DNA of 64,000 bases. Source: Candidatus Sumerlaeaceae bacterium (GTDB lineage: Bacteria > Sumerlaeota > Sumerlaeia > Sumerlaeales > Sumerlaeaceae). Under the pieces are notes generated by a model. The model made no database searches and was not told where the DNA came from. It saw only the letters and a program-made list of their open reading frames with translations. Positions 37,676 to 46,454 of this stretch are shown here, piece by piece (position 1 is the stretch's first letter; each line of letters opens with the position of its first letter). The position numbers and the translations under genes were made by a program. Location of the stretch: assembly GCA_051003195.1 (NCBI GenBank), contig JBPCLP010000021.1:1-64000 (forward strand). Direction: 5' to 3'.

Positions 37676-40600
37676 TTACTCCAGCAATTGCCAGTTACTT
37701 GCTGCGGTTTTCAAAATCCCGACGTTTGTATTCAGGACGAACACACGACCATCCTGCAGACCAACCGCAAGTTTGCCGTCTTTGCCCTCCAGGCACCGGA
37801 ACAGAAACGCGGACGTCTCATCCGGCCGCCAGCTTCCAAGAAAGCTGCTGGTTCCGTTCGAATACATACGGTAGAACTTCACGTTGTAGACGGAGTCGGC
37901 AACGGCCAGTGTGTCATGGTAGACCCACGTGACCGCAGCCACATCAATCGCATCGCGGGCGACCGTGGCGATCCACTGTGGCGCATTGCCTGAAGTCACA
38001 CGGACCAGGTCCGCGCCTTTCGGGCCGCGCGGAACCGCCACCAGATCGACACCATTAAATGCCATTCCTTCGTGTCCCTGCTGGATGGCCGCACGCTGAT
38101 GAAGTTCTTCGGATAGCTGCCCCGCAGCCACCCGATCGACGCCGGTATTGCGGATACCCACCCACGCATCAATAGAATCAGGTATGGTCAGCACGTCGGT
38201 ATAATAATCGGACTGTGGCAGTCCGTATTCCAGTCCTGAGAGCGCGCCACTGCCATCAGCCAGCCTGCGAATTCCATATCCGAACGTAGCGGCCCAGAGG
38301 GAATTTCCGGCCGGCGCGAGGTCGTACACGCCTCCCGATTGTCCGATAAACGTCGCGACGGGAGCATCGTCCATTGCGCTTTCGGCGTAAATACGAGCAC
38401 CCAGGTTCTCCGTGGATTCGACCAGGCGATTGCCCATGAAGAAACTCTGGCCGGCCGGAAAACGCGCCGCACCAACCTGGCGCGTAACCGAGCCGTCGGT
38501 GTTTAGCTGATAGACTCGCGGCTGAAGAGGAATATGCGAAAACGGGACACTCACCGCGACCCGGTCACCGGCGTCGTTGAAGTCGAGCGCGCGCGGCACG
38601 AGCGGATTGCCTGCGCCGTCCTGCACGGTAAACTGGTGCGTAATCTGAAGCGGTATTGTGGATAATGCAGGTACAGCTGTCGAAGAGGTAGTGAAGGAAT
38701 CGATCACCCGGTTCCCACATGGAATAACAGCCCAATCCCCTGGGCCAAGCTGCAACTGAACTGCGCCGCCGGGAAGCAGCGGCAGTTGGCGCTGTGCAAC
38801 GACGTCGTCCAGCGGCCCCGATACGGCTGGCGAGAATTGCAGTTCAAGGGTGTAGGTGCTCCGATCGTGTGCGTTCAACGCCAGGACATATTTATCTCCC
38901 GGCGCCCGTTGCGCCATACTGACGGCAAGCGGAGCCGCGGCTCGCGTATCCAGGTCCGGTGCACCAAGTTCCATTAATAAAGGCCCGATGCGATCCATGA
39001 GGTTATTGAAGGCTCGATACGGGGCGAGTTTCGGTAATTCCTGCAGTGCGGCATTGCGCATTCCGTCGCTATAGGTGAACGGCATCACGCCTTTTGCACC
39101 TGCCACGACTGCAACACCCAGTTGCGCCGAGTGCTCTGTGTTAGGCACTCCGCGAAAATATTCGAAATCGTTCGCTTCGAATGCCTGTGGTACCAGCCAC
39201 ACGTCGCGTCCCAGTGCCGCCAGTGTGTGCACCTGTGAGTTGAGAGTGGAAACCTCCAGTGTTACCCAGCTCGAGTTATCGCGATTGCCGGAATGGAACG
39301 GATAAGGATCCACCATGCCGACCGGAGGCTTCAGGTCATTCAGGGACGCCGCGTCTGTCAGCGCAGGAAGAACTGCAAACGGGAGTCTTAGGTCCGCGGT
39401 TTGTGCGATGGATAAGCTTGCGCGCCTGTTGAGTGCCTGGGCCGCGGTGCCCCCCGGCTCGTCCACCACGTACACGCCTTCGTACATCGGCGAAGTCAAT
39501 ACAGCGGCGAGCAACTGTCGCACGCGCGCAACGTAGTCCGCTTTGCTGAAATAATCCAGCCCCAGGTATTCGCCGAAAAGACTGCGCACCTCCAGCGTCT
39601 GCGGAATGAAAGGCATCCCATATTGCTCCGCGGCCGCACGCACGGCAGGCAACTGATCGGTGCGGCAGAGTGCCATCACGTAATTAAATCCATCCTGCTG
39701 CGCCAGCGCGAACGACTCCGCGATACCCGTTGTCCCAGGATTATTGAAGAAGAAAAGCCACGCACCCCGTGTGAAGCTGCTGCGGCTAAGCGGGGGAATC
39801 TCACTGATGACGGTTTCGACTACGACCTCAAAACCACGTTCGACCTGGATCACCTGGCCGTCGGAACACGTCAAAATGAAACGCGCAGCGCTCTGACCCG
39901 CCGGCGCAGAAGTCGGCTTCCACTCTGCACGAATTGCAGTGCCCAGCAATTCCACGGGCGGGGTTGCAAGTAGCGATCCTGTACTGTCGCGAATCTCAAC
40001 AATCGCGGACGCAAGTTTGCGTGGAATTGCCGCGGTAAGGAACAGGGCGGGGTCGGGACTCGCGGGGCCGACGGTAAAAGTCGTAGGATCGACCCGTGCA
40101 AATCCGCGTTTCAAATCGCGCAAAGTAATGCTGCCCGTGGTCGCTTCGAAGCCCACCTTCGACTGACCATAGCAGAACGTGTTCGGCCGAATCATCTCGG
40201 TGACGAACTCGCCGGTGCCAGGACTTACGGATAAAAGCTGCTCGAGCGTTGCAGTAGTCACCCAGTACGCGGGTGGCAGCCATACGTCGGTTATTTTAAT
40301 GCTTGCTGATGCAGGTGCAGAATAGCGTCCGGCTACAAAATACGTCTGGTCTCGCTTGCTGCTCGCCACCCGCTGCGTAACAGATGCGCCCTGCGGCAGC
40401 GAAATATCGCCCGACAGTTCGCTCGCCCCGTTGATTAACTCCCATGGATCCCCGGGCTCATCTGCGCCTGAGCGAATCTGCTCCGTGTAGAGCGTGATAT
40501 CGTCGTAGCGCATCCACGACTGTGCCGATGCGGCACCGAAATACACCTCCATGCTGCCAGCGCCGCGCGGTGGCTCCAGCGCCGTCCAGAAAAGGCGGTA

Positions 40601-41113
40601 CTCATCCGGCGCATCGTTGGTGAACACGTCGCCGATGTCTCCCAGGTGTGCTCCGCTGCTATTGAAACAGGCACAGCGCACGTACGGCATTTCGAACTTG
40701 AACTCAGACCGCGCATACCCGGCAACGGCGAAAGTCTCATAGGGCGAGCATGGCGGCAGAACAGTCTGGCTCCAGCCGAATAGAAACGACGACCGGACAG
40801 AAGAACTCCCGGTATGGGCTACAGCGGCGTTGTTGTCGGCGTACGCTTCGCGGAAGATATTCCAGTCGACCGGATTTCCAAAGGCGTCCACCTGCTCAAA
40901 TCCAGGGTTTCGGAAACTGGATGTAGCGGTGCTTGTTCGCGGAACAGCGGACGAAGAGGCGGGGCCAGGTTGCAGCATAGTTTTCCCGCCGACCTGGCCC
41001 CGAAGGTTCACAGGAGCTGCCGCCGGCCGCACCATGGGCTGCGCGACGCCGAGCGTTCCCATTAACCAGCCAAGCCCGGCGCCGAAAACAACGATTGTCT
41101 GCGAAACACCCAT
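37676..41113 (-). CDS. Large secreted multidomain protein (CBM-like, putative glycoside hydrolase TIM barrel, beta-propeller)
   Basis: Signal peptide; NPGFE CBM-like start; YVVDEP, DPYP and WLVPQAF; C-terminus AASNWQLLE. Confidence 0.65.
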   Translation of the reverse strand: MGVSQTIVVFGAGLGWLMGTLGVAQPMVRPAAAPVNLRGQVGGKTMLQPGPASSSAVPRTSTATSSFRNPGFEQVDAFGNPVDWNIFREAYADNNAAVAHTGSSSVRSSFLFGWSQTVLPPCSPYETFAVAGYARSEFKFEMPYVRCACFNSSGAHLGDIGDVFTNDAPDEYRLFWTALEPPRGAGSMEVYFGAASAQSWMRYDDITLYTEQIRSGADEPGDPWELINGASELSGDISLPQGASVTQRVASSKRDQTYFVAGRYSAPASASIKITDVWLPPAYWVTTATLEQLLSVSPGTGEFVTEMIRPNTFCYGQSKVGFEATTGSITLRDLKRGFARVDPTTFTVGPASPDPALFLTAAIPRKLASAIVEIRDSTGSLLATPPVELLGTAIRAEWKPTSAPAGQSAARFILTCSDGQVIQVERGFEVVVETVISEIPPLSRSSFTRGAWLFFFNNPGTTGIAESFALAQQDGFNYVMALCRTDQLPAVRAAAEQYGMPFIPQTLEVRSLFGEYLGLDYFSKADYVARVRQLLAAVLTSPMYEGVYVVDEPGGTAAQALNRRASLSIAQTADLRLPFAVLPALTDAASLNDLKPPVGMVDPYPFHSGNRDNSSWVTLEVSTLNSQVHTLAALGRDVWLVPQAFEANDFEYFRGVPNTEHSAQLGVAVVAGAKGVMPFTYSDGMRNAALQELPKLAPYRAFNNLMDRIGPLLMELGAPDLDTRAAAPLAVSMAQRAPGDKYVLALNAHDRSTYTLELQFSPAVSGPLDDVVAQRQLPLLPGGAVQLQLGPGDWAVIPCGNRVIDSFTTSSTAVPALSTIPLQITHQFTVQDGAGNPLVPRALDFNDAGDRVAVSVPFSHIPLQPRVYQLNTDGSVTRQVGAARFPAGQSFFMGNRLVESTENLGARIYAESAMDDAPVATFIGQSGGVYDLAPAGNSLWAATFGYGIRRLADGSGALSGLEYGLPQSDYYTDVLTIPDSIDAWVGIRNTGVDRVAAGQLSEELHQRAAIQQGHEGMAFNGVDLVAVPRGPKGADLVRVTSGNAPQWIATVARDAIDVAAVTWVYHDTLAVADSVYNVKFYRMYSNGTSSFLGSWRPDETSAFLFRCLEGKDGKLAVGLQDGRVFVLNTNVGILKTAASNWQLLE

Positions 41114-41250
41114 GATCTAAATACGTACACCCGCAGGAAGCGAACCAACCACAAGATTGAATCTCAGAAATGAGGATTTAGTGGAAGTAGTACGTTCAGC
41201 CGCCGCACATCCCCTTGCCTTCGGGCAACTCGCCTCTACACCAGTGACAA

Positions 41251-42672
41251 ATGCCGCCCTCTGCCGAACCGCCCCAACGCGAACCCGCGGCACCGCATGC
41301 GTTGCTTCAACGCCGTAATGTCCGCTTGCTGCTCCCGATTCTGATCTTCATCGCCGGGCTGACGATTCGACTTTATGGCCTCGGCGTTTATCCGCAACGG
41401 CACGCGTGTGACGACGAATTCCATTATCTCTGGGCAGGGACGTCGCTACTGGAATCCGGTGTGCCAACTTCCTGGTCACGGCTTGCAGGTGCGCAAAGCG
41501 CATGGATCGGGCGCCTTGACTGGGAGGGCATGCACTACCAGCTTGTGCGGCCCGCGCTCGATCACCCGCCGCTGTTCAGCGCATTGACAGGAATTGCGGG
41601 CAAACTCGCCGGCGCTACGCCAATCGTGCTGCGCACCGTCGAGGGCGGTTCTATAAAGCTCTGGGATGCGGAGCTGGGAAGGATTCGGCTGCTTTCAATA
41701 CTGCTGTTCTGCTTTACGTTCTGGCTGCTGTTCGATATTCTGCGTATGAGCTTCGGTTTCGCCGCAGCGAACATCGGAATCCTCTGCTACGGTTTCATTG
41801 CCCACATCGTGGCGCACAATAGGCTCCTCGTCGCTGATAATCTTATTGTCCCGCTGATGCTCTGCGGCCTCTGGACGACGCAAAGATACCTGAACCGCAC
41901 CATGAGTGAGCGCCGCTTCGCGGTCATCGTCATCGCCGCGCTTACAGCGGCCATGCTGTGCAAGCTTGTCGCGGCCTGCTGCGCTGTTGCCCTGTTTGCG
42001 CTGCTGCTGTTCGCCGGTAAACGCCGCGAAGTCTTCTATCCGGTGGCGGGAGTTCTTCTCGGGATCGCATGCAATCTGGTCTATGCAGTCGTGCAGGGAT
42101 GGGGCACTTTTCGAGAGGTAATCCAGACGCACGCCCAACGCTATTCCGGGTTCGATAGCCTGGAAAGGCTTATCCGTACACAACCGCTCGTCGGGGCGGA
42201 TGACTTCAATTCGCTGATTCTGCTTGGCTGGATCGCAATCTTCGCACTCGCGTTGCGGCGGCGTCCGCAACCTATCATCGCCGGTTTCATCGCCTACCTG
42301 TTTGGTTTCGTCTTTTTCACACCATCCAACGCCATCTATGGCTGGTATGCGCTTCCGCTCTATCCGTTCCTTTGCCTTGGAATTGCGTTCGCTGTCACCG
42401 AAACATGGAAACGTCCCTGCGGCATCGCAGCCATCGCGGTTCTACTACTGCTGCTGTCCAGGGGTTTCCAGATTCTCTTTCTCGCAAACCCTGATGCGAT
42501 TCACGTTTTGCGCATGGTATTCATCGCCCCGGCCGCCGCCGTTGTGCTTAGTCCACTTTACCCACGGTACGTCGGATTAAAAATTAACCGCGGCCTGCTC
42601 ACCGTATCCTTTGCAATCTGCCTCATTGGCGAGCTACTAACGTTGATCAAGCTTCAAGCCACGGCGTCATGA
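41251..42672 (+). CDS. GT-C fold glycosyltransferase (ArnT/PMT-like)
   Basis: Polytopic membrane protein with DDEFHY and DHPPL motifs after TM1. Confidence 0.72.
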   Translation: MPPSAEPPQREPAAPHALLQRRNVRLLLPILIFIAGLTIRLYGLGVYPQRHACDDEFHYLWAGTSLLESGVPTSWSRLAGAQSAWIGRLDWEGMHYQLVRPALDHPPLFSALTGIAGKLAGATPIVLRTVEGGSIKLWDAELGRIRLLSILLFCFTFWLLFDILRMSFGFAAANIGILCYGFIAHIVAHNRLLVADNLIVPLMLCGLWTTQRYLNRTMSERRFAVIVIAALTAAMLCKLVAACCAVALFALLLFAGKRREVFYPVAGVLLGIACNLVYAVVQGWGTFREVIQTHAQRYSGFDSLERLIRTQPLVGADDFNSLILLGWIAIFALALRRRPQPIIAGFIAYLFGFVFFTPSNAIYGWYALPLYPFLCLGIAFAVTETWKRPCGIAAIAVLLLLLSRGFQILFLANPDAIHVLRMVFIAPAAAVVLSPLYPRYVGLKINRGLLTVSFAICLIGELLTLIKLQATAS

Positions 42673-43233
42673 CAGATCTTTGCGCAGCGAGTAATATGCT
42701 AACAAGCTGCGAATTCCAAACAAGATCAACACTGCCGCAACCGCGCTGACAGTCAACGCCAGCCAGTTGCGCCGAAGGTTCGTCACGAACAGCGTGGCCG
42801 GCCGGCCCGACTGCGAGTTCATCGGGTCCGTGCCGTCCAGGTACTCTTGCGCGTCCGCTAAGCCGTCACTGTCCAGGTCACTCTTGAAACCATATAGCGA
42901 CGCGAGCCTCTCGGGCTCGGTGGTAATCTCCATGATCTTCTCGGCACCCAGCAGTTTGACCATGTGATTGCCGAAGGCATTGAGAAGCGGGTTTTTTACT
43001 TCCTGGCCCGGTTTCGCTTCCCTCGCAATATCCAGCAATTCCTTCTCGGCCTCGCTCAAGCTACTGATCTGGCCCAGGCCCGTGCCCGACGGACCTGTCG
43101 GAGAAATGTGGCACATCGCGCAATCGACACGCCTTCCGGAATGCTCCTGCGAAAACTCCTGGAAATCGGGATAGCCAAACAACGGCGTGGAGCCAAGGAG
43201 CAGCAGCGAGGCCACACAGAAAGCGCGCTTCAC
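42667..43233 (-). CDS. Membrane-anchored monoheme cytochrome c
   Basis: GTG start overlapping the cytochrome b stop; signal peptide; CAMCH; DLDSDGLADAQE motif; C-terminal TM helix. Confidence 0.72.
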   Translation of the reverse strand: MKRAFCVASLLLLGSTPLFGYPDFQEFSQEHSGRRVDCAMCHISPTGPSGTGLGQISSLSEAEKELLDIAREAKPGQEVKNPLLNAFGNHMVKLLGAEKIMEITTEPERLASLYGFKSDLDSDGLADAQEYLDGTDPMNSQSGRPATLFVTNLRRNWLALTVSAVAAVLILFGIRSLLAYYSLRKDLS

Positions 43234-44336
43234 TGTTGGCCCTTCAAGAAATCGTATATCTGCTGACCAAACACCGTCATGATGACCAGGTAAACCGCAC
43301 CTGCACACGCGAGAACCGTCAACGTCCGGCGGCTGGCCCGGCGAAAGATAACCGGCGCAAAGAACAGCACCAGCACCAGCGCCGAAACGAGCACCGCCAC
43401 CAGCCAGAACGGCAGCAGTTCCAACGGGTAAAAGATAAAATAGAAGTACCACTCGGGCTTGATGCCTTCCGGAGTAGCGCCCAGCGGGTTATACGCGGCG
43501 AAAAGTGGATATGAGGAGAACGATTCGAACGGAAGACAGATGCCAATCACCAGCAGGACAACAACTGCGACCGTCCACACCGATAAATCGCGCAGGATGT
43601 AAAACGGGATAAACTTCTCGGTTTTCCCGGTCGGATTGTCCACACCCTGGCTCATCCCGTGCAACTGGATACCGAGCAGGTGAAATCCAACGACGCCCAG
43701 CGTAAGCAGCGGCAGCACGACAACATGGATCGCATAAAAGCGGCTCAGCGTCGACTGGCCAATCGATGGTCCACCCTGGATCAGTTCACGCACGCGAATT
43801 GGCAACTCGCGCAAACTCACCGGCAAGTACCGCGCAAACTCGTCGATGCTCTGCAGGCCCACCTTCGTGGCGTTCACAGCAACCTGGTGCCACGGCAGCA
43901 GGTATCCGGTAAACCCGAAACCAAACGTGATCAGCAGCAGCACGACTCCGCTCACCCACACCATCTCTCGCGGTTTTTCGAACGCCTTCATCGCGAAAGT
44001 CGTGAGCAGATGCACCAGCACGGCAATGATCATCAGCGACGAGGACCACGCATGGATGTTGCGCACCATAGCGCCGCCGCGCACGTGTTGCGTGATATAG
44101 TCTACCGAAGCGTGCGCGTCGGTGACGGTCGGCTCGTAGTAAACCAGCAGTAAAAGTCCGGTGATCAGCTGGACGCCAAGGAAGAACAGCGCCAGCCCGC
44201 CCAGGTAATAGGCCCACCCGAACCGATGCACCGGAACCGTCTTGTTCGTGACCAACGATTCGTAACTCGCCTTATGCAGCGGAAAACGATGCACACAGCG
44301 CGACACAAAGCTGTTCAGCCGTGGCTCAGAACTCAC
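43230..44336 (-). CDS. Cytochrome b subunit of a bc-type complex
   Basis: Four heme-ligating His (IHAW, VHLL, IHVV, FHLL), FTGYLLPW and the Qo motif KPEWYF. Confidence 0.92.
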   Translation of the reverse strand: MSSEPRLNSFVSRCVHRFPLHKASYESLVTNKTVPVHRFGWAYYLGGLALFFLGVQLITGLLLLVYYEPTVTDAHASVDYITQHVRGGAMVRNIHAWSSSLMIIAVLVHLLTTFAMKAFEKPREMVWVSGVVLLLITFGFGFTGYLLPWHQVAVNATKVGLQSIDEFARYLPVSLRELPIRVRELIQGGPSIGQSTLSRFYAIHVVVLPLLTLGVVGFHLLGIQLHGMSQGVDNPTGKTEKFIPFYILRDLSVWTVAVVVLLVIGICLPFESFSSYPLFAAYNPLGATPEGIKPEWYFYFIFYPLELLPFWLVAVLVSALVLVLFFAPVIFRRASRRTLTVLACAGAVYLVIMTVFGQQIYDFLKGQQ

Positions 44337-45031
44337 GCAAGCTCGTCCGCGGCGAACCGCTTTGCGATAAAGACGGTATAACTGTCGAGATGATCGGGAT
44401 CCGGTGTGCCTTCAATGTTTCCACCCGGACTTTTGCTCGCAACGACTTTGTCTTCGTCGTCCTTTAGAACCCAGCCAAGCCGCGGAAGCGGCCGGTTCGC
44501 GGGCGAGCCAGCGTTCGGTTGTCCTGTCTTAATGTCAAAAAACGACATGTGACAAGGGCAACTGATGCGGTTCTGCTCGTCCGTGGTATTGCCGACGGTA
44601 CAACCGAGGTGCGTGCATTTTGCCGAGATCAGAACCGGCAGCCCGTCATCGTCCGCAAACGCAAGCGCGGGCCTCAGATTGTAGTCGATAAAGTATTTTC
44701 CCTGCGTGGAGTTCAGCCGACTCAACTTTGCCACTTCGATAAAGTCGTTATTCAGCCGCTCAAGTTCCTGCTCGCGCGCGGTCAGGTTCTCACGCAATCG
44801 GGCCAGCCGCTTGCGCAGTTGGTCCGAATGTTCTGCGGGTGTCACATCCTGGCTGCCCAGGAGGAACTGAGCCATTTTCGCCAGAGCGCCAACGGATAGA
44901 ATCGCCGAGCCGATTCCGATGCTCACGACCCCGCGAATGAAGTAACGCCGGCTGAGACCGCGGTGATCGTCCAGCGAGTCGTGATCGGGCGCTTCAGCTG
45001 CGGGCTCTGGTGGCAAGCCGTCCGCGCTCAC
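44333..45031 (-). CDS. Rieske 2Fe-2S subunit
   Basis: Tat-like SRRYFI followed by a TM helix; CTHLGC and CPCH motifs. Confidence 0.9.
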   Translation of the reverse strand: MSADGLPPEPAAEAPDHDSLDDHRGLSRRYFIRGVVSIGIGSAILSVGALAKMAQFLLGSQDVTPAEHSDQLRKRLARLRENLTAREQELERLNNDFIEVAKLSRLNSTQGKYFIDYNLRPALAFADDDGLPVLISAKCTHLGCTVGNTTDEQNRISCPCHMSFFDIKTGQPNAGSPANRPLPRLGWVLKDDEDKVVASKSPGGNIEGTPDPDHLDSYTVFIAKRFAADELA

Positions 45032-45477
45032 TTTGCCTCGGTAGTCTTCGCATCGCCGTCTGCCGGCTTTTCCTTCGAGATCGAACGCATATAGTTCACC
45101 ATCTGCCAGCGCTGTTCCTCCGGAATTTTCAGATACGGCGGCATCGGCTGTCTGCCGACCGTAATTTTCCAGAATAGCGCGCCATCACTCTGGCTGCCGA
45201 TCTTCTTCGAGTCGCTCAGATCGCCCGGGTCCTTCTTCAACTCCGCCGATTTTTCACCGTCGCCTTTACCCGTATTGCCGTGGCACTCCGCGCACTCCTT
45301 CATCCACACCTTCTTGCCGGCGGCTATGCTGGCGGCGTCCAGCGCAACCGGGTTCTTCCTGGCCTCCGCGCTCGCCGGCGCTTTCCATTCATCCGCAATG
45401 GCCGATAGAGGTGCGGCGATTATTGTTACCAGCACGGCTGCTCCTGCCAGGTTCATCAGTGAAACTAAATTTCTCAT
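45028..45477 (-). CDS. Periplasmic monoheme cytochrome c
   Basis: Signal peptide, CAECHG and a distal Met in QPMPP; GGAG RBS. Confidence 0.9.
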   Translation of the reverse strand: MRNLVSLMNLAGAAVLVTIIAAPLSAIADEWKAPASAEARKNPVALDAASIAAGKKVWMKECAECHGNTGKGDGEKSAELKKDPGDLSDSKKIGSQSDGALFWKITVGRQPMPPYLKIPEEQRWQMVNYMRSISKEKPADGDAKTTEAK

Positions 45478-45498
45478 ACGGTACTCCTCCAGGATTTG

Positions 45499-45861
45499 TT
45501 ACTCGGGCGCCTGCCTGAAATACAGCCAGTAGATCGACAGCGCGAAAAGCGTGAGGGCAAGTATCGACATTCGCCAGAACCAGCGATCTTCCCGAATCCA
45601 GCCAACGTCGATCAGGATCACACGGATTCCATAAAGCGCGTGCAGGTAAAGGCAGAGGAGGATCAGGACATCCGACGTCGTGCTGGCGTGTACGGCGTCC
45701 GGCCCGATACTCTCCGGCCATGGCACCTTGCCGAGCAACGCGTACCCAGAGTACATTTTGAGCGGGACCAATACCACCAATGCCAACGCACTTACGCGCT
45801 GAATCAGCCACGCAAACGTGCCGCGATACATCTGGAGGCTACGTGACGTACGCTCGCTCAA
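45499..45861 (-). CDS. Succinate dehydrogenase-type membrane anchor (SdhC/SdhD-like)
   Basis: Three TM helices; motifs WLIQRVSA and HALYGIRVILID. Confidence 0.78.
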   Translation of the reverse strand: MSERTSRSLQMYRGTFAWLIQRVSALALVVLVPLKMYSGYALLGKVPWPESIGPDAVHASTTSDVLILLCLYLHALYGIRVILIDVGWIREDRWFWRMSILALTLFALSIYWLYFRQAPE

Positions 45862-45863
45862 AA

Positions 45864-46454
45864 TTAAACTCCCATCCTCTTCAGCACTTCTTCCATTTTC
45901 AGCCGGCTCTGCTCGCCCACGTCGCGGTGCAGATTGCCGCCGTACGAATCAATTCCAACGATCAGCGGACCGAATCCGTTGAAGCGCAACTGCCATATCG
46001 ATTCCGGCATCAAGTCTTCCCAGTACACCGCCTCGATTTCCTCGAGCTGCAGCGTCTCGCTCGCGGCCGCGCCGCCGGTCACCGTCAGGTAACAGCCCCC
46101 GTACTCCTGCATGGCCCGCGCGCTGACGTCAGACAGCCCGCCTTTTCCGAGAATCGCTCGCACGCCGTAGTCGCGCAGCAGACCTTCCGTGAAACGGTCC
46201 ATGCGCATGCTGGTTGTTGTGCCCACGCAGATCGGTTCAAACTTGCCCGGACCCACCTGCTTTACGTTCGGCGCTGTATGCAGCAGCGCCGCGCCTTTCC
46301 AGTCGACCGGGGGCGGCACACCGTGGTCGAAGATGCGGATCATGTTCGCGTCGCGGATCCCAAAAACCTGCCCGTCGAGCGTAACGGTGTCGCCTATGCG
46401 CAGCTTGCGAACATCCTCATCCACCAGCGGCGTGCGGAAGCGATAGTCAGCCAT
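45864..46454 (-). CDS. Class I fumarate hydratase/tartrate dehydratase family beta subunit
   Basis: Motifs LRIGD, RDA, TTSMRM, LGKGG, EDLMPE and DSYG; start MADYRF overlapping the alpha-subunit stop. Confidence 0.88.
   Translation of the reverse strand: MADYRFRTPLVDEDVRKLRIGDTVTLDGQVFGIRDANMIRIFDHGVPPPVDWKGAALLHTAPNVKQVGPGKFEPICVGTTTSMRMDRFTEGLLRDYGVRAILGKGGLSDVSARAMQEYGGCYLTVTGGAAASETLQLEEIEAVYWEDLMPESIWQLRFNGFGPLIVGIDSYGGNLHRDVGEQSRLKMEEVLKRMGV

Noticed and set aside
43234..43452. N-terminal extension of the 42667 ORF
   Set aside because: It overlaps cytochrome b out of frame; GTG 43233 gives a clean signal peptide and stop/start coupling.
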